Position numbers and translations under genes: made by a program | NCBI GenBank assembly: GCA_964016885.1 | Contig: OZ024754.1 | Span: 29,512,001-29,576,000, forward strand | Direction: 5' to 3' | Source: Eledone cirrhosa | Lineage: Eukaryota | Length of the DNA: 64,000 nucleotides | The notes under the pieces: model-generated | Told to the model about the DNA's origin: nothing | The model's input: the letters and a program-made list of their open reading frames with translations, nothing else | Databases searched by the model: none | Shown here: positions 53,068 to 64,000 of the stretch, piece by piece | Layout: the number at the start of each line of letters is the position of its first letter | How positions within the stretch are numbered: position 1 is the first letter of the stretch

Positions 53068-53834
53068 ATAATATAATATAATATATAATATAATAGATTA
53101 TAATATATAATATAATATATAATATAATATATAATATAATATATAATATAATATATAATATAATATATAATATAATATATAATATAATATATAATATAAT
53201 ATATAATATAATATATAATATAATATATAATATAATATATAATATAATATATAATATAATATATAATATAATATATAATATAATATATAATATAATATAT
53301 AATATAATATATAATATAATATATAATATAATATATAATATAATATATAATATAATATATAATATAATATATAATATAATATATAATATAATATATAATA
53401 TAATATATAATATAATATATAATATAATATATAATATAATATATAATATAATATATAATATAATATATAATATAATATATAATATAATATATAATATAAT
53501 ATATAATATAATATATAATATAATATATAATATAATATATAATATAATATATAGTATAATATATAATATAATATATAATATAATATATAATATAATATAT
53601 AATATAATATATAATATAATATATAATATAATATATAATATAATATATAATATAATATATAATATAATATATAATATAATATATAATATAATATATAATA
53701 TAATATATAATATAATATATAATATAATATATAATATAATATATAATATAATATATAATATAATATATAATATAATATATAATATAATATATAATATAAT
53801 ATATAATATAATATATAATATAATATATAATATA
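53068..53834. repeat. 12-bp satellite (ATAATATAATAT)n
   Basis: Highly homogeneous; paralogue at 60213-60387 and 61518-61830. Confidence 0.95.
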
Positions 53835-54158
53835 ATTGTTTCTACTTTTGGCACAAGGCCAGCAATTTCCTAGTTTATTACTGGTACTTTATTTTATCGA
53901 CCCCGTAAGGATGAAAGGCAAAGTTAACCTCGGCGGGATTTGAACTCAGAATGGCAAGGGCCGTAACTCTATGCGTCAAAGCATGGCGTCCGACCCTCTA
54001 CCGATACTGCCAATTCACATAATATAATATAATATAATATATAATTGTTTCTACTTTTGGCACAAGGCCAGCAATTACCCAGTACATTACTGGTACTTTT
54101 TTTATCGATCCCGTAAGGATGAAAGGCAAAGTTAACCTCGGCGGGATTTGAACTCAGA
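53835..54158 (-). mobile_element. Two Nin/Deu-core SINE copies (53835-54018, 54044-54158)
   Basis: Match the family consensus; one counterpart at 61831-61938. Confidence 0.88.
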
Positions 54159-54163
54159 TATAA

Positions 54164-54823
54164 TCTATATATATAAAGCTGTGGTTGTCTGTCTGTCTAT
54201 CGATTTTTGGCACACATCTCCTCTTAGAATCTCTGACGGAATTGCACCGAAATTGCTATACTTGTACATTGAGCCCTAGCGAAGACATCAGAAAAAAAAA
54301 ATTTCAAATTGACCCACCCTATGTGACGAAATCGAATCTAATGTATGGATTTTTGAGCGTAAGTGACGAGTTATTTCCCTTTGTTCTGTTTACATTGAGC
54401 GTCTTACGTTCTGTTTACATTTTCTGCGTGAAAAAATTAAAAAAATTACGCTGGCTTTCTCAGCGTTTAAAATGACATTAACACAATACACGAACAGTTG
54501 TCGAGCCAGCAAAATTTTGACCTGCAAAATTCATCAGTTCGAACACTAAGCTTCCGTTTTGCTTAATTTCCATTTAAAAGCCTTTTAAAACAATATTTTT
54601 ACTTGAAAACAAGTCTATTTAAAGACTACGTAAAACAAGCAAATATTTCGTAAAAAAAAGCAAAAATTATATAAGTTTATTTAAAATATATGTATCTGTG
54701 AATTTCGTTAGGCGTGCAGACAGATAGTCTTGCAGACAGACTTTAAGCCAAAAAAGAAACTTAACATTGTAACTTTAACACAGCTACTGGGCGACCCCGA
54801 GCAACGCCGGGCTTTACTGCTAG
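54164..54823 (+). mobile_element. Non-autonomous Helitron with an empty site in the paralogue
   Basis: A|TC start, CCCGAGCAACGCCGGG hairpin, CTAG|T end; absent at ~61943. Confidence 0.88.
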
Positions 54824-55457
54824 TATAATATAATATAAAAATATAATCTTACTACAATTAAGGCTAACATTAAACTGAAACACATACTTTGGTATTCATT
54901 GTCGATAGACGAGACTGAATAAATTATTTGCTAATGTTGAATACGCCACTGGAATGAGAACAGTCTAAGACGTAAATTCATACATTCAAATCCACTGTGT
55001 AGTTAGTTACTAATTCAGTTAATTGCCATTTTTTCTACATCATCTAAAACGTCCATAAATTTTAATAATTGTAATATCCGTAAATGGCCGATAAATATCT
55101 GTGTTACTTTTGTAAAAGTAACGTAATTGTTGGTAATCAAATAAATATACTATTAGTCATCATTGAACGGAGAATGTGCTAGGGTACCATTACTGAAGTA
55201 CTGTCCCAATGGAAATTTTATCTCGTACAATGGATTTCCTGAAACACAGAAGTCCGATTTCTTACATCACAAACTTTCAATTAGCTTTAGGTCATCGCAG
55301 TTCTATGAATTTCTATTATTTGCATTGTTTTCAATATGAATAACTTTGAAAGAATTTTTAATGGGTGAATGATATAATATCTATGGGAGGAAGTTTAATA
55401 AATTCCATTGAAGATATGAAAATATATATATAATTATTAATAATTATATACACACAT

Positions 55458-55623
<166 letters not shown>

Positions 55624-56193
55624 GAAAATAAAGAAATTAATGTGAGCAAGAAGCCAACAGTATTTCATAATATATAAGTGACTATAACGTCAAGATGGAA
55701 AATATTTAACGTAAGATATGGGAAAATAATTCAAACTCAATAAAAAAAAAAGTCAAGACAGAAATTTTATCCACAGATTTTGTGAAATCCATGGAAAAAA
55801 TCAATAGTCTTAACTCAGAATATAATTGAGGTTAAATACTCATCCTTCAATTTGGAAAAACTACAAATGCTCTTTATAGTCTTAAAAAGACTATTTCACG
55901 AAACTTTTCAGTGGGGTTAGTCACGTTTGTAGTCGTTCATCAGTAGAGCTCAAACACGATAACCAAATCACTGCTAAAATATGCCAGAAAGGGAATATAT
56001 ATATATTTATATATATATATTTATATACACACACACAAATGGAAGTTTAGTAAAATCGAAGTTTCGGCTGTAGCCAAGCTAACGATATACAATTAGGAAT
56101 GCGCAGCATAGCACTACGTAAGGCTGGACCTTAAAGCAATTAACATACGTTAGATAGCGTGACAAGTTCAAAATTGCGGTAGGCAAGCCTAGC

Positions 56194-56300
<107 letters not shown>

Positions 56301-56308
56301 CGTATATA

Positions 56309-56421
<113 letters not shown>

Positions 56422-56428
56422 AATATAA

Positions 56429-56474
<46 letters not shown>

Positions 56475-57339
56475 GCCAAATCAACTTTTTCAAATACAAG
56501 TCGATGTTGAACGGTATGTCAAATCTATTTATCTATAAAACTGTCTATATTGTATTTTGTCCGAAGAAGGCATAACATATTGTTAATATGATATCCCTGA
56601 AATATATATAGTGAAATAAATATGGTTTATAAATATAGTTTCCATTTATTTAATATCGTAAATATACTCCAAATACTTGTTGAGTGCTTTTATATCAGTT
56701 ATAAATATTTACTAGTTGTAACCCAACAATTTAAATATAACTTTCCATATATATATATATATATATATATTAGAAATTAGAAATTATAAGCTTTCACCGT
56801 ATTTTAGACTAAAGAAATTTTTAGCCTGATAGTGGGGTTTATAACCCTCGGAGAAATGGAAAAAAGATGAGTGTTGCCGTACATGTACGGCAACACTCAT
56901 CTTTTTCCATTTCTCCGCGGGATATATACATATATATGTGTATATATATATGTATATATATGCATAAATCTGTATATATATATATATATATGTATATATA
57001 CACATACATATATAAATGTATACATACACACACATATATATACCTATATATATATATATATATACATATATATACATATATATATACATATATACAAACG
57101 CATCTACATTTTCATATGTGTGTGTGTGTTTGTGTGTTTTAAATGTCAACTAAGAAATAAAACAATGCAGGAGAACAATACAGTACAATGCTGATATATA
57201 TCAGTTTAACGCTTGCTCTAGTAGGAAAACGTTCTGAATATTTCAGACGCCGGTACTTTATTGGAAATAAGAATAAGACACAAGAGAAATAGAGGATAGA
57301 AAAGGTTAAGTATGTGGAGAAAATGAAAAGCATTATATA

Positions 57340-58046
57340 CAGGGTGCGGGCGGTATTTGAGGACAGGTTTATGGTTTTAAAAAAAAAACGCTTATATAAT
57401 AACAGAAAAAAACTGTTTTTTTTAATAAAAATAACAGAAACATAAAACTAAATTATCAATTTGATAATTTCCTTCAATAAAACCATCATAAGCATCAATA
57501 ACTGTTCTACGCGGGGTCGAAATCGTTTACAAGCTCGGATTAAGTGATCCTTGTTCATATCAGACATGACTCGAACTATGAGGGCTTTCAAAGAATCTTT
57601 GGTGCTATGGGAGTGTTCATTGACATTTGTCTCAACGATGCTCCATACATGGTAGTCCAGTCGATTGAGATCTGGAGAATTAGGAGGCCAAATGTTGGGG
57701 GTGATGTGATCATGCAAATTGTCGCCCATCCATTCTTGTGTTATTTGAGCCTTGTGTGATGGTGCAGAATCTTGTTGAAAGACATAAGGCCTTCCATTGC
57801 ATACACTGTTGATCCAAGGCTTAACAACTTTATCCAGAACCTCAATATACGCCACAACATTCACCCTAAGGCCTTGAGGAAAAACGTGAGGAGGCCTCAC
57901 ATGTCCTTCGTTGCTAACAACACCCAAAACCATGACACTTGCAGAAAATTTTGTGTGCATTATTCTTGGAACCTCAGAAGGATCTGCACATAGCCACCTG
58001 TCGTTTCTTCTGTTAGTTTGCTGGTCCTGGTCAAAGTTTTTCTAAT
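57340..58046 (-). mobile_element. Truncated DD37D (maT-like) transposon; ORF 57448-57960 is the transposase C-terminus
   Basis: QQD + 37 residues + D (WPPNSPDLNRLDY); TA|CAGGGTG terminus. Confidence 0.9.
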
Positions 58047-59218
58047 GTGTATTTTGTCAGCCATTTGAAGTTACATATGCACTTTTATGTATTTTCTCTG
58101 CAAGATAGCTACAGGGAAATCGTGTGTTGAAACCAATATTGTCACATTTGTGGATGGTTATTTTCCCAGTATTGGCAATAAAAAGAAATGCACGCACTAT
58201 ATGATTTGCACTTCATCTTTATTGCTCGTTTCTCGTTCGTTCGTCAAAGTTATTTCGTCACACATTCTGTGACCTCAATGACTATCTATTCTCTTGCGTA
58301 CTTCCTCTTCTTTCTGATCGTAAAATTCTACCCCATCTTGTCTTTTGTTCTGTGCAGACTATTGACAAAATGTCTATCCACAAATAAAACAATGCATACA
58401 TATATACTTACATACATACATACAGAAAGTTGTTGTGACAACAACTGGGGGCCTTTCACTCCCAGCCTAAAAAAAAAAAGTATTATTTGGGTGGCCGTTG
58501 ACTACTGAGTTCCTCTGCCCTTTGTCGTGTCTTGTATTTCATCCTGCAGGGTGTCTAAATATTACCCTCCTCACCAAGCATACAATAAGATCCATATCTA
58601 CGTATACAGACATGCATACATATCTACCTAGTTGATGTTGTGTAAATTCCAATGAGAGAGTCTGTGTCTATGTTAGAAACCGACTCTCTCTCTATTGGGA
58701 AAAAATTTGTGAAATTATAAAACCAGAAGAACATACATACATATATGGTGGCTGCCAACTCGTTTTCGAGTACGGCCACTACTTTATATCCATGTAGGAG
58801 AACCCCTACCGATGGGCTGAACGAGTGTGACTTTTAGTCCAGTCAGCGACTTGAAAACTCTGGTACAAACACTACACTTGTGACAATTATTGACACATAG
58901 TGCTGGGCCCATGGTACCATGTGATGACAAGTGCAGAGAGATCTCCAGATATAAAGCAATGCCTGTGCCGTGAAGCTTTTATAGTGAGCAAAGGCACTGC
59001 ACAAAGCCAGTCCCACTCTCTTAACCAAGATGATATTTACCAAAAAGAAGAACAAGTCAACATCATTGGATACCATCAGGGTTGCAGGTGTTATATCAGA
59101 GTTTTCCTTCTCCTAGAATTCTGCCTTGACAAAGGCTAAGGGGTCATCTCTCCCGGACATATATACAAACATACATACATACATACATACATATATACAT
59201 ACATATATATATACATAC

Positions 59219-59590
59219 ATGAAAATAAAAACTGCGACCAAAATAAACTACAACGGGCCTGATATTGTTGTTTTGGACCACACATTGAAATCGTGCTTTA
59301 TTGTAGAGATCAGCTGCCCACTTGATGTAAACGTTGTTATAAACATATGGGAGAAGGGCATCTACGGACCATTTATGAGGAGTTTGCAGATCCGATATAC
59401 AAGATACCCCTTCAGCTTCATACCCATCATTATTGGAGCTACAGGTTATATACTAACCCGCTTGGACCAAAGTATAACTGGACTTGGATTTGTGAACAAA
59501 GAGCGCAGCTCCCTTATTCATAGACTACAAATGGCTGTGATAGCTGGCACCTTCAAAATTTGCAAAACATTCTTTCTTTTCAAGGTATGA
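59219..59590 (+). pseudogene. REL endonuclease 3' fragment of an R2-superfamily non-LTR element
   Basis: YNGPDIVVLD..CFIVEISCPLD..IPIIIGATGY. Confidence 0.75.
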
Positions 59591-60788
59591 CAATTTCTTT
59601 TTATTTACAACATTGCCACCAGGAAGGTGGCCGGTCAAAAATGTACTCGAAATTAAGAGAAAGAGAAACACACATATATACATGTATGTATGGTCCCGTA
59701 ACTCCTAATAGAGCCGCTTGGGTGCCGTATTGACATATGGCATCTCTTGCGCATTTTGAGCCTGGCGGAGCCCATTCCTCTCCAGGCCTGAATACAGCAG
59801 ATTTCCTCCAGAAAGGGATAGAAAGTGAGAGAGAGTGGCAATGAGAAAGAGATATAGACGAAAAATCGACCCCAGTTCTAGACAGGCACTTTTTTTATTC
59901 ACCTCGAGTGGAATTTGAACTCAGAGAGCAGAGAGGTGGAATGAATATTATAATGCATTCTAGCCGACGCTCTAACGATTCTGCCAATTTGCCACTGTAA
60001 CCCGTAAAGAAGAAAAGATCAACAACATCGGTAACTACTGAGCCGCAGGTTTTATATCGGAGTTATCCCAGTTTCCTGGGTTGCCTTCTCATAGAAGAAT
60101 GCCCTGACAACTGCTAGGGGTCCTTCACTCCCAGTGATTTAACCGCGCGATCGTGTATCCAGCCTAATTATTTCTATGAACATACATACATGCATACTGT
60201 GATGCAGTATGATATAATATAATATAATATGATATATAATATAATAGATTATAATATATAATATATAATATAATATATAATATAATATATAATATAATAT
60301 ATAATATAATAGATTATAATATATAATATAATATATAATATAATATATAATATAATATATAATATAATATATAATATAATATATAATAACAAATAACGAA
60401 ACGAAATTAAATTTCGTTTCGTTTGTAACTCACTTTTGTATGACTGACGCTTAAACAATTAAGTTAAAAATGTACATCCACATATGTATACTGAAATACT
60501 AGTATGCATATGAATACACACACGTATACATATGTAGATGTACCAAGTCTTTCACTGGTTACTTTACTGTGAGTATCCAGCTATTCTGTATGTAAACACA
60601 CAGACAACCCGGTTTTTAGAGTCATACTGGTTTTTGAGGAAACACCTTTCCTCTATTCTCCAGAAAGCCAGACAAGGAATATTGAACTAGTTTCGTTGTT
60701 GTTACTACTGCCCTCTACTAATTTTCATAGAAAAAGCATATAACGATATGTGCTTTTACGATTCTCCAGGAAGGCCGGTAGATAGGTA

Positions 60789-60833
60789 AATATTGCTGAT
60801 GAGTTGTAACAACAACGAAACTAGTCCAATATT
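60789..60833 (+). ncRNA. Type I hammerhead ribozyme (family B), GUC site
   Basis: AATATTG-CTGATGA-GTTGT-AACA-ACAAC-GAAA-CTAG-TC-CAATATT. Confidence 0.92.
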
Positions 60834-61254
60834 CCTTGTCTGGCTTTCTGGAGAATAGAGGAAAGGTGTTTCCTCAAAAACCAGTATGACTCTAAAAACC
60901 GGTTTGTCTGTGTGTTTACATACAGAATAGCTGGATACTCACAGTAAAGTAACCAGTGAAAGACTTGGTACATCTACATATGTATACGTGTGTGTATTCA
61001 TATGCATACTAGTATTTCAGTATACATATGTGGATGTACATTTTTAACTTAATTGTTTAAGCGTCAGTCATACAAAAGTGAGTTACAAACGAAACGAAAT
61101 TTAATTTCGTTTCGTTATTTGTTTTTATCGTCTCCTTTGAACCGGTACGTACTCACACTCTATGCAAATTAGTCTGCCCACTACTAATTTTCATAGAAAA
61201 AGCATATAACGATATGTGCTTTTACGATTCTCCAGAAAGGCCGGTAGATAGGTA

Positions 61255-61299
61255 AATATTGCTGATGAGTTGTAACAACAACGAAACTAGTTCAATATT
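61255..61299 (+). ncRNA. Type I hammerhead ribozyme (family B), GUU site
   Basis: Same fold, with GAAA-CTAG-TT-CAATATT. Confidence 0.88.
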
Positions 61300-62609
61300 C
61301 CTTGTCTGGCTTTCTGGAGAATAGAGGAAAGGTGTTTCCTCAAAAACCAGTATGACTCTAAAAACCGGTTTGTCTGTGTGTTTACATACAGAATAGCTGG
61401 ATACTCACAGTAAAGTAACCAGTGAAAGACTTGGTACATCTACATATGTATACGTGTGTGTATTCATATGCATACTAGTATTTCAGTATACATATGTGGA
61501 TGTACATTTTTAACTTAATAATATATAATATAATATATAATATAATATATAATATAATATATAATATAATATATAATATAATATATAATATAATATATAA
61601 TATAATATATAATATAATATATAATATAATATATAATATAATATATAATATAATATATAATATAATATATAATATAATATATAATATAATATATAATATA
61701 ATATATAATATAATATATAATATAATATATAATATAATATATAATATAATATATAATATAATATATAATATAATATATAATATAATATATAATATAATAT
61801 ATAATATAATATATAATATAATATATAATATACTTTTGGCACAAGGCCAGCAATTTTCCAGTGTATTACTGGTACTTTATTTTATCGACCCCGTAAGGAT
61901 GAAAGGCAAAGTTAACCTCGGCGGGATTTGAACTCAGATATAATATAATATAATATAAAAATATAATCTTACTACAATTAAGGCTAACATTAAACTGAAA
62001 CACACACTTTGGTATTCATTGTCGATAGACGAGACTGAATAAATTATTTGCTAATGTTGAATACGCCATTGGAATGAGAACAGTCTAAGAAGTAAATTCA
62101 TGCATTCAAATCCACTGTGTAGTTAGTTACTAATTCAGTTAATTGCCATTTTTTCTACATCATCTAAAACGTCCATAAATTCTAATAATTGTAATATCCA
62201 TAAATGGCCGATAAACATCTGTGTTACTTTTGTAATAGTAACGTAATTGTTGGTAATCAAATAAATATACTATTAACCATCATTGAACGGAGAATGTGCT
62301 AGGGAAAATAATTCAAACTTAATAAAAAAAAAAAGTCAAGATAGAAATTTTATCCACAGATTTTGTGAAATCCATGGAAAAAATCAATAGTCTTAACTCA
62401 GAATATAATTGAGGTTAAATACTCATCCTTCAATTTGGAAAAACTACAAATGCTCTTTATAGTCTTAAAAAGACTATTTCACGAAACTTTTCAGTGGGGT
62501 TAGTCACGTTTGTAGTCGTTCATCAGTAGAGCCCAAACACGATAACCAAAATCACTGCTAAAATATGCCAGAAAGGGAATATATATATATTTATATATAT
62601 ATATATTTA

Positions 62610-62911
62610 GCTGACTCGATATGCAAATTAGGCTGCTCAGCCGTTAATTTTCATAAGGAAAGTATATACTTTCGAACGTTCAACTATCTGGCAGATGGGT
62701 AAACGGTGCTGATGATAGCTAACAAGCTTGAAACTAGTACATCGTTCCTCTGTCAGTGTTGAACAAAAAGGTGACGTGGTTGCCTTAACACCGTATGGCA
62801 TAAATTCAGGCTGTTCGCTTTGTTGACAAACAAACGAACAAAGCGGCCGGCGTTATAATAAACGTCGGCTAAACTGATGCGTGCATATATGTATGTGTAC
62901 CTGTATGCATA

Positions 62912-62960
<49 letters not shown>

Positions 62961-63407
62961 GCGTGCTACTGTACGTCTGTATACATATATGTTTGTACGT
63001 ATACATACATACTTACATTTAAGTAAGTGCCATACTAAGAGTGAGAAATGAAATTTCGTTTTCATTTTTTTCAACTTATCGTTTTCGGTATGCCTGACCG
63101 ATTTAACTTACTCAATATACAAATTAGGCTGCTCAGCCGTTAATTTTCATAAGGAAAGTATATACTTTCGAACGTTCAACTATCTGGCAGATGGGTAAAC
63201 GGTGCTGATGATAGCTAACAAGCTTGAAACTAGTACATCGTTCCTGTGTCAGTGTTGAACAAAAAGGTGACGTGGTTGCCTTAACACCGTATGGCATAAA
63301 TTCAGGCTGTTCGCTTTGTTGACAAACAAACGAACAAAGCGGCCGGCGTTATAATAAACGTCGGCTAAACTGATGCGTGCATATATGTATGTGTACCTGT
63401 ATGCATA

Positions 63408-63479
<72 letters not shown>

Positions 63480-63923
63480 TGCTACTGTACGTCTGTATAC
63501 ATATATGTATGTACGTATACATACATACTTACATTTAAGTAAGTGCCATACTAAGAGTGAGAAATGAAATTTCGTTTTCATTTTTTTCAACTTATCGTTT
63601 TCGGTATGCCTGACCGATTTAACTCACTGAATATGCAAATTAGGCTGCTCAGCCGTTAATTTTCATAAGGAAAGTATATACTTTCGAACGTTCAACTATC
63701 TGGCAGATGGGTAAACGGTGCTGATGATAGCTAACAAGCTTTAAACTAGTACATCGTTCCTGCGTCAGTGTTGAACAAAAAGGTGACGTGGTTGCCTTAA
63801 CACCGTATGGCATAAATTCAGGCTGTTCGCTTTGTTGACAAACAAACGAACAAAGCGGCCGGCGTTATAATAAACGTCGGCTAAACTGATGCGTGCATAT
63901 ATGCATGTGTACCTGTATGCATA

Positions 63924-63970
<47 letters not shown>

Positions 63971-64000
63971 GCGTGCTACTGTACGTCTGTATACATATAT
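62610..64000 (+). mobile_element. Retrozyme-like tandem array, family A (at least 3 units, periods 496 and 516 bp; runs off the window)
   Basis: CTGATGA cores at 62709, 63205 and 63721; the third has GAAA changed to TAAA. Confidence 0.85.

Larger units (their letters stand above)
60388..61518 (+). mobile_element. Retrozyme-like element, family B (inverted arm plus ~1.7 units of 466 bp) inside the 12-bp satellite
   Basis: 60388-60705 inverted; direct units from 60708; two complete hammerheads. Confidence 0.88.

Overview
AT-rich eukaryotic DNA, saturated with microsatellites, with no recognisable host gene. The repeat content suggests an octopod or other cephalopod (inference). Classical content: a head-to-tail train of (TAA)n-targeting R4/Dong non-LTR retrotransposons at 7-15 kb with one full 1130-aa ORF; about 20 copies of a tRNA-derived Nin/Deu-core SINE; remnants of HERO-like, Tx1-like, Penelope-like (PLE) and DD37D/maT elements; non-autonomous Helitrons; minisatellites; and a ~7.4-kb-period segmental duplication (49.4-62.6 kb). 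The main hidden signal is RNA structure. Two related non-coding families of ~470-520-bp tandem units (four loci) carry one type I hammerhead ribozyme per unit. The ribozyme helices covary, helix III is palindromic, and a conserved octamer-containing block lies upstream, which fits a retrozyme-like system. Many dispersed fold-back insertions in (TA)n tracts also carry PLE-type hammerheads, some with a very long helix II. All folds were derived by eye, nothing was computed, and element boundaries are approximate.
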